IMG/VR virus record: IMGVR_UViG_2974707348_000001
Span: 32,001-96,000 of that record
Length of the DNA stretch: 64,000 nt
Source of the DNA: a virus
Lineage: Duplodnaviria; Caudoviricetes
Direction: 5' to 3' (one strand)
Made by a program: the position numbers and the translations under genes. Shown here one piece after another: positions 26,972 through 37,839 of this stretch. Every line of letters starts with the position of its first letter. Position 1 is the stretch's first letter. The notes under the pieces were generated by a model that worked only from the letters and a program-made list of their open reading frames with translations, was not told where the DNA came from and made no database searches.

Positions 26972-27567
26972 TGGCTTATATACATCAAATAAATGCTATG
27001 GACTTTGAGAACAGCTTCCAAGAAGGAGGATTTAGACACGATATGCAATCTAAACTTCCTGTTGGGGCTGTTGTTTCAGTCTTTGTGAACTACTGCTCAT
27101 TCCATTGTTTAGGATGTTGGAATAGTGATACGTGGGAGAGAAAAGATGATTTATTTGTAGAAGATGAGAAAGTTGCAGAACAAATCATCGAAGGATTAGA
27201 CCAGTTTGACTTAAATCCGCCTATTGGGTTGAGTTTCTTAGGTGGAGACCCTATCTTACCACAGAATGCAGAATCAACAGCTAATATAATTAGACTTGTA
27301 TTAGAGAAGAAACCTAACATTGTTATTGGTTTATGGACTGGATACAAATTTGAATACTTATTAAAACATGCTGATGAGAACCAAAAATACATCTTAGAAC
27401 ATATTGATGTTATCATTGATGGCAGATTTATTGAAAAGAAAAAGATAGCAAACAAAAGATATGGTTCATATAATCAACGAGTTATTAATGTTCCTAAATC
27501 ACTTAAAAAATGTAAGACAATATTTACAGAATCTTATCAACTAGATATGAAAGATTTCCCAATATAA
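26971..27567 (+). CDS. nrdG: Anaerobic RNR activase (radical SAM)
   Basis: CSFHCLGC, GGDP, IDGRF, GSYNQRVI. Confidence 0.92.
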   Translation: MAYIHQINAMDFENSFQEGGFRHDMQSKLPVGAVVSVFVNYCSFHCLGCWNSDTWERKDDLFVEDEKVAEQIIEGLDQFDLNPPIGLSFLGGDPILPQNAESTANIIRLVLEKKPNIVIGLWTGYKFEYLLKHADENQKYILEHIDVIIDGRFIEKKKIANKRYGSYNQRVINVPKSLKKCKTIFTESYQLDMKDFPI

Positions 27568-27571
27568 ATTT

Positions 27572-27612
27572 AAAAGCTATCTCTTGACCGAGATGGCTTT
27601 TAATGGTATAAT
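27572..27612 (+). promoter_or_regulatory. Terminator hairpin with -35 in its loop, plus -10
   Basis: AAAAGCTATCTC-TTGACC-GAGATGGCTTTT, TATAAT at 27607. Confidence 0.8.
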
Positions 27613-27646
27613 AATAATAGTAATATGAAATGAAAAGAGATAGGAA

Positions 27647-28183
27647 ATGCCTAAAAAATTAACAACAGAAGAAATTGATAAAAGAATTAAAGAATTAACT
27701 AATGGGGAATATTTATTATTGGGAGATTATGTTAATTCTTACACTAAAATACAAATCAAACACAGTCTATGTAGAAATACATATGAAGTGAAATGGAGTC
27801 ATTTTCAACAAGGTAGAAGGTGTCCAAAATGTAATGAATCTAAGGGTGAGAAAACAATCTCAGACATTTTAAACTCTCTTAACATTAAATACACTACTCA
27901 AAAAAGATTCCCAGAATGTAAGTATAAACATACTCTACCATTTGACTTTTATGTTTATAATAAAAAATCTAAACTACTTATTGAATTTGATGGTATCCAA
28001 CACTTTAAATCAATTGATGCATGGGGTGGAGATAATGGTCTTAAAGATACTCAATTCAGAGACCAAATCAAAAATGATTTCGCTCTCTCAAAAAATATTC
28101 CTCTGTTAAGAATGCCCTATACAGAACAAGATAATATCAAACAAATCCTAACAAACAAACTCAAAGAGTTAGATTTTATTTAA
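27647..28183 (+). CDS. Zn-ribbon + PD-(D/E)xK/Vsr-like (DUF2726-type) putative endonuclease
   Basis: RCPKC, SKGE, LPFDFY, IEFDGIQHF, LLRMPY. Confidence 0.75.
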   Translation: MPKKLTTEEIDKRIKELTNGEYLLLGDYVNSYTKIQIKHSLCRNTYEVKWSHFQQGRRCPKCNESKGEKTISDILNSLNIKYTTQKRFPECKYKHTLPFDFYVYNKKSKLLIEFDGIQHFKSIDAWGGDNGLKDTQFRDQIKNDFALSKNIPLLRMPYTEQDNIKQILTNKLKELDFI

Positions 28184-28190
28184 CTACGAC

Positions 28191-28219
28191 TTGACTATTT
28201 TAAATAAATATGCTATAAT
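28191..28219 (+). promoter_or_regulatory. sigmaA promoter
   Basis: TTGACT-17-TATAAT with TG extension. Confidence 0.8.
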
Positions 28220-28240
28220 ATTATATAGAAGGAGATTAAT

Positions 28241-28438
28241 ATGAATTTATTAGAACATTATATTGAAGAAGTCGTTCTTGAAAAGCCTTTCAAGGCAGAC
28301 TGGACAAAACAACATAAAGATAAATTTGTCGAAGTCGAAATGATTGTAAATGTTCATGGTGGGCTATCTAGCGCACATAAAATTTTTACAGTTGACAAAT
28401 GGAAGGAAGTCAAAGAAAAGGGCTTTTATATTGCGTAA
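28241..28438 (+). CDS. Hypothetical protein
   Basis: AAGGAG RBS. Confidence 0.65.
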   Translation: MNLLEHYIEEVVLEKPFKADWTKQHKDKFVEVEMIVNVHGGLSSAHKIFTVDKWKEVKEKGFYIA

Positions 28439-28456
28439 TTATAAAGGAGGTGTATA

Positions 28457-28708
28457 ATGACACTAGGTTCGGTAGATTTCAAAATAAAAGATTTAGTCAA
28501 GTCAGAATCAGATAACTTTGCCTTAGTACAGCATGACAATCTATATCAAGTATTTGAGAAAGACAGTAACAACCCATTTATCGTTTACGATGATGAAACA
28601 AAACAATTAAATTACCTAAACAAAAATGTTTATTCTGCTGATAATCAACATAAAGCTCGTGCTATATACGAGAAATTACAGATTATCAAAAACAACAGAA
28701 CGTTTTAG
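28457..28708 (+). CDS. Hypothetical protein
   Basis: AAGGAGG RBS. Confidence 0.65.
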   Translation: MTLGSVDFKIKDLVKSESDNFALVQHDNLYQVFEKDSNNPFIVYDDETKQLNYLNKNVYSADNQHKARAIYEKLQIIKNNRTF

Positions 28709-28746
28709 TTGACAAAATAAGACTATTATGATATAATAGTCTTATT
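28709..28746 (+). promoter_or_regulatory. sigmaA promoter for nrdHIE with a palindrome over -10
   Basis: TTGACA-17-TATAAT; inverted repeat AATAAGACTATTAT/ATAATAGTCTTATT. Confidence 0.8.
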
Positions 28747-28771
28747 GCTTTATATAGAAGGAGATATAAAA

Positions 28772-29011
28772 ATGGTTAAAGTATACAGTAAATACAATTG
28801 CAAAAATTGTAAGCAAGTCAAACGCTTACTCAAATTCTCAGAGATTGATTATGTTGAGATTAATGTTGAAGACAATGAAGAAGCATTCAAATACGTTAAA
28901 GAAGAACTAGGGTTCTCTAATCTTCCAGTTATCGTAGCTCAGGATGTAGAACCATTTGAGTTCAACTCTATCAAAGTGAATGAATTTGTTAAGAGTCATG
29001 CACATGGATAA
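28772..29011 (+). CDS. nrdH: Glutaredoxin-like NrdH
   Basis: VYSKYNCKNC, LGFSNLPVI; upstream of nrdI/nrdE. Confidence 0.88.
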   Translation: MVKVYSKYNCKNCKQVKRLLKFSEIDYVEINVEDNEEAFKYVKEELGFSNLPVIVAQDVEPFEFNSIKVNEFVKSHAHG

Positions 29012-29375
29012 TATTTTAATTGCTTATAAATCATTAGGTGGAAACTGTGATAGAGTAATTAAAAAACTTGGTATCGGAGGATTCAAGATTGATGGAGATA
29101 ATATCTATGACTTTAATGAAAATAGTAAATTTTATCTCTTGATTCCCACTTATGAGGAAGAGTGGATTGGAGATGCGTGGGATTTTATGGACGATTATCA
29201 TGAGAACTGCCTAGGTATCATAGGGTCAGGAAACTTTAACTTTGGAGATGACATGTTCATATTTACAGCGAATGACATGAGTAAGAAATATGATATTCCT
29301 GTAATCTATTCCATTGAGAATTTTGGAAATAAGAAAGACATCAATAACATTAAAGAGTTATTGCAAATAAATTAA
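29004..29375 (+). CDS. nrdI: Flavodoxin NrdI
   Basis: YKSLGGN, IPTY, GIIGSGNFNFG. Confidence 0.88.
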   Translation: MDNILIAYKSLGGNCDRVIKKLGIGGFKIDGDNIYDFNENSKFYLLIPTYEEEWIGDAWDFMDDYHENCLGIIGSGNFNFGDDMFIFTANDMSKKYDIPVIYSIENFGNKKDINNIKELLQIN

Positions 29376-29388
29376 TAGGAGGTTTCAC

Positions 29389-32300
29389 TTGACAGTCACA
29401 AAGATTGAAACAAAAAAATCAGCAACACCAGAGTATTTTATGCTCAACAACCAACTAAATATCATTAAAGATGGTAAAATTCAGTTGAACGCAGACAGAG
29501 AAGCTGTCCATAGCTATTTCATTGATTACGTAAACCCACATACAGTCTATTTTGGAGACTTGCGTGAGAAGCTCGACTATTTAGTGAAACACAAGTATAT
29601 CAAAGGCGAAGTACTTGATAAATATACTTTCAAATTTATTAAAAAATTATTTAAAACTCTATATGACAAGAAGTTTAGATTCACAACTTTCATGGGTGCG
29701 TATAAGTTTTATACACAATATGCTATGCACACAACAGATGGAAAATCAATTCTTGAACGATATGAAGACCGTATTGCTTTTAATGCCTTAGTTATGGCTG
29801 ATGGCGATGAGCAATTGGCTCTCAACATTGCAAATGAAATGATTTCACAAACCTATCAACCTGCAACACCAACATTTTCTAATGCTGGTAAATTGCGTGG
29901 GGGTAATGCTGTATCATGTTTTCTCTTGAATATTGAAGATAATATGACTTCTATCGGACGCTCAGTAAACTCAGTTCTTCAATTGTCTAAAATGGGTGGT
30001 GGAGTTGGAATCAACTTAACTGATATCCGTCCATCAGGAGACCCTATCAAGGGTATTGAGAATATGGCTGATGGAGTTGTTCCAATCATGAAACTTTATG
30101 AAGATTCATTTTCATATGCCAATCAACTGGGGACAAGAAGCGGTGCAGGAGTGACTTATCTCAATGTATTCCATAAAGATATTGTTAAATTCCTATCTAC
30201 TAAAAAAGAAAATGCTGACGAAAAAGTTCGTGTTAAAACACTTTCGTTGGGTGTTGTCGTTCCTGATAAATTCTATGAACTCATTGCTAAAGGTGAATCA
30301 ATGTATTTGTTCAGCCCTTATGATATCTATAATGAATACGGAAAACTAATGTCTGAAATCAACATCACAGAAATGTATGATGAGTTAGTTGAAAACAAAA
30401 ATATCAAGAAAGATAAAATCTTTGCTCGTGACCTTGAAGAAGAAATGTCTAAACTTATTCAAGAGTCAGGATATCCATACATCATTAATATTGATACAGC
30501 AAACCAAGAAAATGCTATTGATGGTGTAATTAAAATGAGTAATTTGTGTTGATAGTAGCACCTTTATAGAGAAATCTATATCGAAAATCCTGTGAAACGG
30601 AGAAACTCTAATTTTTAAATTAGACAATTCCGTGCTAAATAAAATATAGTTAAAAATAAAGGAAATAATAATAACTATATTTTTAAATGCCTAACGACTA
30701 GAGAAATCAGATGAGATAAGTAATTATCTCTGAATAAGAAATTATCGTAAGCCTTAAACAAGGTTGAAGCGCAGGAAACCTAAGAATCCAAAACTGGATT
30801 TATGGTTATGAAATAGTCTGTTCTATATAGTGATATATAGATGTTTATATCATAATGTACTGGATATAAACTGCTAAAGAGTAGTGACCTTTAGTGAACA
30901 AAAAGTCAGAAATCCTTCAAGTACAATCTCCATCAGAGTTGAACCCAGACCAAACTTATAAGACTATTGGTACTGACGTATCATGTAATCTTGGTTCAAC
31001 TAATATTGCACATCTTATGGAATCACCAGACTTTGGAAAATCTGTTAGAACAGCATTTCGTGCATTAACCTATGTTGCAGATAGCTCTAATATTGAAGAA
31101 GTTCCTACTGTCAAGAATGCCAACGACAAGTATCACTCAGTAGGGTTGAAAATCGCCTAGCTCTACTATAAAATTTTGCTATATGCTGGAAACTCTTAAA
31201 GATATTGATACTTGAATCTTACCAATTCGCAAAAGTAAAAATTCAATATATAAATAGACAATCAGCAGGGAAGTCGTGGTTGACCCCTCAGAGACTACAC
31301 GCAGAACAACTTAACCAAAAAAAACATTTAACTATAATAGAAAGGAGAATATATGGAAGAATTATGGTCTAATATTGATGGTTTTAACGACAAATATCTT
31401 ATAAGTTCTTTAGGTAGAATGAAAATTCAAGCCAATACATCTAAAAGAATGATTAATGGTGTTGTATTCGATTATCATCAAAAAGAAATGATAAAATCTC
31501 TAAAAATAAACGAAGATAAAAATGAATATGTAAAAGTTCGTCTAATTCAGAAACTTAATAATAAATCAAAAACAGTTTCTGTACATAGATTAGTTGCAAA
31601 AGCATTTATTCCTAATCCTCATAATCTACCAGAAGTAAATCATATAAATGGTAAGAAAAGTGACAATAGAGTTGAGAATCTTGAATGGTGCGATAAAAGC
31701 TATAACATGAAACATGCAATAGAATATCTTGGTTTCAAAGCTGACACCTCCAATTTACAAGACAAAAGACCTGTTTATCAAATAGATAAAGACACTGATG
31801 AGATAATTAAATCTTTTGATAGTATCACTCAAGCCACCAGAGAAACAGGGGTTTTGCACATATCTGGTGTTTGTTTGGGTAACAGACGTACAGCTGGTGG
31901 ATTTAAATGGAAATATAAAGAATAACAACTAATGGTTAAGTTGAAGATATAGTCCAAACCCTAGACAAATATCTCGAAAGAGAGGGTATTTTCATTGTAG
32001 GCGCAATGGGGCTACATGGATTCCTTGCTAAAAACGGAATCTTCTATGGTTCTCCTGAATCAATTGAGTTCACAGGTATGTACTTCCAACTTCTGAACTA
32101 TTGGACTTTGTTTGAAAGCAATCAAATTGCTATCGAACGCAACAAAGCTTTCTATAACTTTGATAAATCAGAATATGCAAATGGTAAATATTTCAAACGC
32201 TATTTACCACGTGTTAAATTCAAAAATAATCTTTCTGATACAGTTCAAGAATTATTTAAAGACATTGATATCCCAACTGCACAAGACTGGGCTGACCTAC

Positions 32301-32785
32301 AATCTTCAATCGAAGAACATGGTTTATATAACTCTTATCGTTTGGCTGTGGCTCCAAATGGTTCTATTTCTTATATCAATGAAGCAACTGCATCTATTCA
32401 TCCAATCGTACAAAAGATTGAGAAACGTTCAGAAGGTAAGCGTGGTGATGTATTCTACCCAGCACCTTATCTTTCAGAAGGTCTTCCTTACTATGAATCA
32501 GCTTATAACATTGACCAGCGCCAAATCATTGATGTCTACGCAGAAGCGCAAAAACATGTTGACCAAGCTCTTTCTATGACACTCTTCATGAATGCAGACC
32601 ACGGAAAAGATTTGTATGAGTGGAAAATTGGAACAAGTGGTGAAGACTCATTCACTACCCGTGATATTAACATCTTACGCAATTATGCATGGACTAAAGG
32701 TATTAAATCAATTTACTATGTTCGTACTTATCGTTCTGATGGTGAAGTTAGTTCAGTAAACGAATGTGAATCATGTTCAATCTAA
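29389..32785 (+). CDS. nrdE: Class Ib RNR alpha subunit; exons 29389-30549, 30906-31146, 31998-32785
   Basis: PATPTF, SCF, SNLC|[26 protein letters not shown], terminal CESC. Confidence 0.93.
30550..30905 (+). mobile_element. Group I intron 1 of nrdE (356 nt, no ORF)
   Basis: P1 GTGT/GCAC, P7 GACTA/TAGTC, terminal G; restores NLCSEI. Confidence 0.88.
31147..31997 (+). mobile_element. Group I intron 2 of nrdE with HNH ORF
   Basis: P1 GTAGGGT/GCTCTAC, P10 CGCCTA/TAGGCG, terminal G; restores GLGAMG. Confidence 0.9.
31353..31925 (+). CDS. Intron-encoded NUMOD4-HNH-NUMOD1 endonuclease
   Basis: [36 protein letters not shown]. Confidence 0.9.
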   Translation: MEELWSNIDGFNDKYLISSLGRMKIQANTSKRMINGVVFDYHQKEMIKSLKINEDKNEYVKVRLIQKLNNKSKTVSVHRLVAKAFIPNPHNLPEVNHINGKKSDNRVENLEWCDKSYNMKHAIEYLGFKADTSNLQDKRPVYQIDKDTDEIIKSFDSITQATRETGVLHISGVCLGNRRTAGGFKWKYKE

Positions 32786-32799
32786 TGTAATATAAATTT

Positions 32800-32841
32800 A
32801 AAATACTATCTCTTGACAGGAATAGTATTTTTTGATATAAT
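32800..32841 (+). promoter_or_regulatory. Terminator hairpin with -35 in loop, plus -10
   Basis: AAAATACTATCTC-TTGACA-GGAATAGTATTTT; TATAAT 32836. Confidence 0.8.
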
Positions 32842-32879
32842 AGTATTAAATATTAAAACACTAAAAGGAACATAAAGAT

Positions 32880-34202
32880 ATGGCAAATAAATTAACAAAT
32901 GAAGATGTAGATAAAAGAATTTTTAATCTCGTTAGAGATGAATATATAAGACTGGGAGAGTATAAAAATACTCATTCTAAATTATTAATCAAGCATAATA
33001 TCTGTGGAAATGAGTATAAAACATCTTGGCATAACTTTGAGAAAATTCGTAAATGTCCAGAGTGTTCTAAGATTAAAAACAAAAAACAATCTTTAACAAA
33101 TAAGGAGATAGATAAACGTATTCTTAAGATTGGGAATGGGGAATATACTAGGTTAGGTGAATATAAAAATAGTAAAATTAAATTTTTGATAAAGCATAAT
33201 GTCTGCGGAAATGAATATGAAGTCGATTGGAGTAATTTTTATAGTGGCAAAAGATGTCCTAAATGTAGTGTGTCAATTTCATCTCAAAAAAGAAGTTTAA
33301 ATAATGGAAAAATTGATAAAGAAATTTATAAATTAGTAGAAGATGAGTATATTAGATTGGGTGAATATAAAGATTCTAAAACAAAGTTTTTGATAAAACA
33401 TATCACGTGTGGAAATGAATATACTGTTATATGGGGCAATTTTAAAAAAGGTCAGAGATGTCCAAAATGTTATGGCAATAAAAAACTGAACAATGAAACA
33501 GTTGATAAAGAGATTTTAAAGCTCGTTGGAGATGAGTATGTTAGATATGGTGAGTATAAAAACAACTCTACTAAAATGCTCATCAAGCACAATATCTGTG
33601 GAAATAAATATATGGGTAGATGGAGTAACTTTCAATCAGGTCAGAGATGTCCTGAATGTTATGGAACAGAAAAAAGAACAGATAAATATGTAGAAGAGGG
33701 TATTCATAATCTGGTAGGAAATGAATATAGCAAACTAGGGAAATATCTAGGGGCAAATAAAAACTTTCTAATGAAACATAATGTATGTGAAAATGAATAT
33801 ATGGTTTCATGGGCTAATTTTCGAAAAGGTAAAAGATGTCCTAAGTGTGCTAGCTCAAAGGGGGAGAAAAAAGTATCAGATATATTAAAACGATTAAATA
33901 TGGAATATGTATCTGAGAAAAGATTTAAAAATTGTAAAAATGAAAAACCTCTTCCTTTTGACTTTTATATAGCCAATAAGAAAACTAAATTACTTATTGA
34001 ATTTGATGGTAAACAGCATTTTCAACCTATTGAATATTTTGGTGGAAAAAAGCAGTTCGAGAGACAACAAGTTAATGATTCTATCAAGACAAAATTCGCA
34101 AAAGATAATAATATCCCCTTATTACGTATCCCTTACGCAGAAATAGATAACATTGAAACAATTCTCGTCAATAAATTAAAAGAATTAAATTTTATTAAAT
34201 AG
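32880..34202 (+). CDS. Five-repeat Zn-ribbon + DUF2726-type putative endonuclease
   Basis: Five KHNxCGNEY...W.NF..G.RCPxC repeats; LPFDFY, IEFDGKQH. Confidence 0.78.
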   Translation: MANKLTNEDVDKRIFNLVRDEYIRLGEYKNTHSKLLIKHNICGNEYKTSWHNFEKIRKCPECSKIKNKKQSLTNKEIDKRILKIGNGEYTRLGEYKNSKIKFLIKHNVCGNEYEVDWSNFYSGKRCPKCSVSISSQKRSLNNGKIDKEIYKLVEDEYIRLGEYKDSKTKFLIKHITCGNEYTVIWGNFKKGQRCPKCYGNKKLNNETVDKEILKLVGDEYVRYGEYKNNSTKMLIKHNICGNKYMGRWSNFQSGQRCPECYGTEKRTDKYVEEGIHNLVGNEYSKLGKYLGANKNFLMKHNVCENEYMVSWANFRKGKRCPKCASSKGEKKVSDILKRLNMEYVSEKRFKNCKNEKPLPFDFYIANKKTKLLIEFDGKQHFQPIEYFGGKKQFERQQVNDSIKTKFAKDNNIPLLRIPYAEIDNIETILVNKLKELNFIK

Positions 34203-34214
34203 AAAGAGGTTTGT

Positions 34215-34625
34215 ATGCCTAATAAATTAAATGTAGAAGATAAAAGTTTTGAAGATAAATGGTTTATCTTTGATACATATCATGAAATCAGCAAGTGTGT
34301 TTATTACAATGAAGAATTAAATAATCTAATGACATTCTACTCTGAAACAGAAGAAACACCTGTTGACGTTATTAACTGGGTTGTTAATAAAGATAGATTT
34401 TTAGAAACTTTAGATATTCTTGAAACAAATAAAAATACAGTTGTCAGTTTCTTTAGAGTTGAAGGAACTACGTCTGTTGTCACAATTCTTGAAACAACAA
34501 AAGATGTGATTGATACACTCAAAAGAAAAACAATGAGTGGTATCAACAAACACATTAATGATGTGATTTACAAAAAAGATAAAAAACTTTTGTATAAGAA
34601 ATTTGCAATAGTTAAAGACTTGTAA
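34215..34625 (+). CDS. Hypothetical protein
   Basis: GAGG RBS. Confidence 0.65.
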   Translation: MPNKLNVEDKSFEDKWFIFDTYHEISKCVYYNEELNNLMTFYSETEETPVDVINWVVNKDRFLETLDILETNKNTVVSFFRVEGTTSVVTILETTKDVIDTLKRKTMSGINKHINDVIYKKDKKLLYKKFAIVKDL

Positions 34626-34634
34626 TATAAATTT

Positions 34635-34676
34635 AAAAAAGTATTTCTTGACAGGAATGCTTTTTTGTGTTATAAT
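34635..34676 (+). promoter_or_regulatory. Terminator hairpin with -35 in loop, plus -10
   Basis: AAAAAAGTATTTC-TTGACA-GGAATGCTTTTTT; TATAAT 34671. Confidence 0.8.
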
Positions 34677-34731
34677 ATATAATATAAAGAAGTTATTTAT
34701 ATATAACATTTAAAAGAAGGAAGGTATTCAA

Positions 34732-35475
34732 ATGTATAATGAAGAATTTTGGGATTTCTCAGTGCCTTACGAACAAGAATATGTTGAGTTTTTCAATAAC
34801 TTAAAAGATTCTGTCAAAGAAGGTATCAAACAGGAACTTGAGGGTTTAAAAGATGAAAATAGTAGACTACAAAAGATTGTCAATGGAATCCAAGAAAAGG
34901 AAGCAAATATTAATCGTAGAGAACGAGATTTGCAAACCGCCATTGAAGTTTCAGCTCAATCTGCCAAGAGTCTAGCTTTAAAAGAGTTACTTGAACCACT
35001 TGAAAATGTCTACTGGGATATTACATATAAACATGAGCTAATGCCTCAATGTGATAAGTGTGACAGATATCGTAGACGAGAATATATTACACCTATGGGG
35101 CGAGAGGCTTACGAAAAATGCTCTTGTGATATTGGAAAGAATGTTTATTTTCCCAAAGAAATGACTCTACACAAAATCCACAGAAAAGATAAACAACTAA
35201 ATGGATATTACACCATGAATATAAGAGGTGGAAGTGAAGAACTTGCTTATTATGGCGGAAGTGATGATGGAAGTTTTGAAACTAAAACTCCTAATAATTT
35301 TTTAATTTCCAAAGAAGAAGACTTTAAAAACTATTCTCGTTTCAATTCTATGTTTGCTACAAAAGAACTTTGTGAAAAATATTGTGAAAAACTTCAAAAA
35401 GAAGAAGATATTAAACTTCAAAAAAGATTAGAAAATGCACTTGAAGATTTAAGTCTACAAGCACCGTTTGAATAA
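34732..35475 (+). CDS. Coiled-coil + Cys-motif phage protein
   Basis: CDKC...CSC motif, 247 aa. Confidence 0.75.
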   Translation: MYNEEFWDFSVPYEQEYVEFFNNLKDSVKEGIKQELEGLKDENSRLQKIVNGIQEKEANINRRERDLQTAIEVSAQSAKSLALKELLEPLENVYWDITYKHELMPQCDKCDRYRRREYITPMGREAYEKCSCDIGKNVYFPKEMTLHKIHRKDKQLNGYYTMNIRGGSEELAYYGGSDDGSFETKTPNNFLISKEEDFKNYSRFNSMFATKELCEKYCEKLQKEEDIKLQKRLENALEDLSLQAPFE

Positions 35476-35501
35476 AAAATATTATTAGAAGAGGTTATAA
35501 A

Positions 35502-35609
35502 TTGAACTGTTATTTGTGCGGTAAAGAAATTCCAGAAGAAGAAATTCTCGAAGGAGAGAAATATCAAATTTGTTACGAGTGCGAACTCAGAGAGGAGTAT
35601 GGAATCTAA
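35502..35609 (+). CDS. Micro Zn-finger protein (35 aa)
   Basis: GAGG RBS; CYLC...CYEC. Confidence 0.5.
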   Translation: MNCYLCGKEIPEEEILEGEKYQICYECELREEYGI

Positions 35610-35679
35610 TGAAATTAAATGAGTTCTTAGATGTTCTTAAAGGTATTGGTCAGAAGCTAAAAGAGAGTGAGGAAGAATA

Positions 35680-35826
35680 ATGCGAATAACTATATGTGAG
35701 TTCTGTAATAAACTTACACTCAACAAACTAGATTACAGTGAAACGAATCCGTATCTTCATATATCTGAATTTTGTTACGTATGTGAAGAGTGTGGAAAAA
35801 TTAAACATAGAGGAGTTGAAATATGA
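35680..35826 (+). CDS. Micro Zn-finger protein (48 aa)
   Basis: GAGG RBS; CEFC...CEEC. Confidence 0.55.
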   Translation: MRITICEFCNKLTLNKLDYSETNPYLHISEFCYVCEECGKIKHRGVEI

Positions 35827-36044
35827 GATTTAAAGCAAAACCAACAGAAGCGTTGACAAAAGAAATGGTTGATGAAGATTTATGGTTTTTTATGAAAGAA
35901 TACGTTGACGATGAAGGATACATCTATGGGTGGTATGTTGATGGGTATATTGTGGGTGGAATGATTGAAGCAAATGATGAATACTGTTCGCTTGAATATT
36001 GGGTGCCAGTTATTAAAGACACGGTAGTGTTAGTAGAGGAGTAA
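35823..36044 (+). CDS. YopX-like small protein
   Basis: MRFKAK...YIYGWYV pattern. Confidence 0.55.
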   Translation: MRFKAKPTEALTKEMVDEDLWFFMKEYVDDEGYIYGWYVDGYIVGGMIEANDEYCSLEYWVPVIKDTVVLVEE

Positions 36045-36045
36045 T

Positions 36046-36441
36046 ATGTTTGAACTGATTGGACTTCCAACAGAATGGATTTACTCCCCATCAATGTGTT
36101 TTATGCCAGATGGAGTAACACTTGAACAGCGTGAACATTATCATTATTATAATGATGCAGAACTTATAGCAGAAGATGAGGAAGAAATTCCTATGCGTGG
36201 AATTTGCGGAAAAGGACTAGCGTTGAATTGGAGTCTGGCAACTCTTGATAGAAATATTCAACATTTAGATTGTCCTACTATGTTTTGTCAGGATTGCATT
36301 GAAATTATGAATCGTAAAAAAGAAAGTACTCTTGCTGAGTTATCATACTTAAACATTTACGCAGATAATCCAAATGAATATATTCTACAGGCTCTCGAAG
36401 ATGAAATGGAGTCCTATCAACCAACGAAAGATTATAAGTAG
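36046..36441 (+). CDS. Hypothetical Cys-containing protein
   Basis: GAGGAG RBS. Confidence 0.65.
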   Translation: MFELIGLPTEWIYSPSMCFMPDGVTLEQREHYHYYNDAELIAEDEEEIPMRGICGKGLALNWSLATLDRNIQHLDCPTMFCQDCIEIMNRKKESTLAELSYLNIYADNPNEYILQALEDEMESYQPTKDYK

Positions 36442-36451
36442 GAGAGAAGAA

Positions 36452-36808
36452 ATGGAACTAGAAAACGTAACACTTAAACAATTACAAAATAAAGAGGTTA
36501 TTCCTTTGCGTGAGCAGGCTTTGCAATACTTTAGAGATTTAGAAAAATTCAAAAGGAAATTACGTAAAGACGGACAAACTCACTATGATGTTCTAGTAGC
36601 ACCTGAATACTTTACCGCAGAAGTTGCTCTAGTATTTTCTAACGATGAAGAAGTTAGTTTAGCACGTAAACAAATCTATTCACAGTTAATGTTCTTTACG
36701 GATAATGACATCGTATTTGCTAGTCAATTATTTTACAAATTGACATATGGTAAGATTGATTTTGTTAGTTTTGATAAAGAATTTACTTTAGAAGATGATA
36801 AAAAATAG
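36452..36808 (+). CDS. Hypothetical protein
   Basis: AGGAG RBS. Confidence 0.65.
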   Translation: MELENVTLKQLQNKEVIPLREQALQYFRDLEKFKRKLRKDGQTHYDVLVAPEYFTAEVALVFSNDEEVSLARKQIYSQLMFFTDNDIVFASQLFYKLTYGKIDFVSFDKEFTLEDDKK

Positions 36809-36836
36809 TTAGGAAAGTATAAAAAAGACAATCCTC

Positions 36837-36865
36837 TTGACAAACAAGGGGATTTGTGTTATAAT
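36837..36865 (+). promoter_or_regulatory. sigmaA promoter inside an inverted repeat
   Basis: TTGACA-17-TATAAT; AATCCTCTTG/CAAGGGGATT. Confidence 0.8.
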
Positions 36866-36887
36866 ATAATAATAAAGGAGGACTATA

Positions 36888-37055
36888 ATGAAAGTTAAAT
36901 TTTGGTTTAAACGTGGATTCAATGAATCCGAAGTTGAAGTCTTTGAGTTTGAAGACGGAACAGACATGAAAAAAATCGAACAAGAATATTATAATTGGTT
37001 CGACGAACAACGCTCTAAAGGGGGAGGCATTGAGGGCGGATTCGATATTCAATAG
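36888..37055 (+). CDS. Small acidic protein, paralog of 1269-1442
   Basis: AAGGAGG RBS; EVFEFEDG. Confidence 0.6.
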   Translation: MKVKFWFKRGFNESEVEVFEFEDGTDMKKIEQEYYNWFDEQRSKGGGIEGGFDIQ

Positions 37056-37071
37056 AAAACGAGAAGAAGAA

Positions 37072-37839
37072 ATGACAATAGAAAGCAAACAATTGCATGC
37101 TGGAACTTTCTTTGTAAATAATAGAGGTCATGAATACAAGATTATTTGTGATGAATACATAGTGAGAAGCACTAAAGGTAAAGCAACTCTCGTGGCAGAT
37201 ATTATATTTTCTGACTCAGGAACAACGATGACGGCTCACAAGGGGAACATTTTAAAGGGCAATGTCAAAGACCCTTACGCAAAAGACGTTCAGGGTGTTG
37301 CTTGTCGAGGGAATGCAAAGAAAATTGGCAATGAAAAAATATACCAAATATGGATGAGTATGATTCAAAGATGTTATAACTCTAACGCAAGCTCTTACAA
37401 ACAATATGGCGCAAAAGGTGTCTTTATTGAGAAACGGTGGTTGTGTTTCGAATATTTCTTAGAAGATATTTCAAAAATAGAGGGGTATGACGAGAAAAGG
37501 TTTTTCAATGGAGAACTCCATATTGATAAAGATATGAAGTGCGAAGCAATGAATCTTACACCTAAGAGGTATTCTTTGGATACTTGTACTTTTGTCCCTG
37601 TTTTTGATAATCTATCTTATCAAAAGGGAAAGAAAAGAGACAGAAAAGAGGATGTTCCACTTCTGGTGGCAACTAATGTTGAAACAGGTGATAAAGAATA
37701 TATCTATAATATTAGTCGCTATGCAATAGATAACGGATTCAATCTTCGTGCCATTAGGTATCGAATAACTAAACATGTTAAAAAACCGCACAAAGGTTTT
37801 ATATTTGAAAGGATAAATTATTATAATGTCAAAAAATAA
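37072..37839 (+). CDS. Free-standing HNH-like homing endonuclease
   Basis: W.SMIQRCYN...YGAKG...W..FE.F.ED...IDKD...YS..TC.FV pattern. Confidence 0.75.
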   Translation: MTIESKQLHAGTFFVNNRGHEYKIICDEYIVRSTKGKATLVADIIFSDSGTTMTAHKGNILKGNVKDPYAKDVQGVACRGNAKKIGNEKIYQIWMSMIQRCYNSNASSYKQYGAKGVFIEKRWLCFEYFLEDISKIEGYDEKRFFNGELHIDKDMKCEAMNLTPKRYSLDTCTFVPVFDNLSYQKGKKRDRKEDVPLLVATNVETGDKEYIYNISRYAIDNGFNLRAIRYRITKHVKKPHKGFIFERINYYNVKK

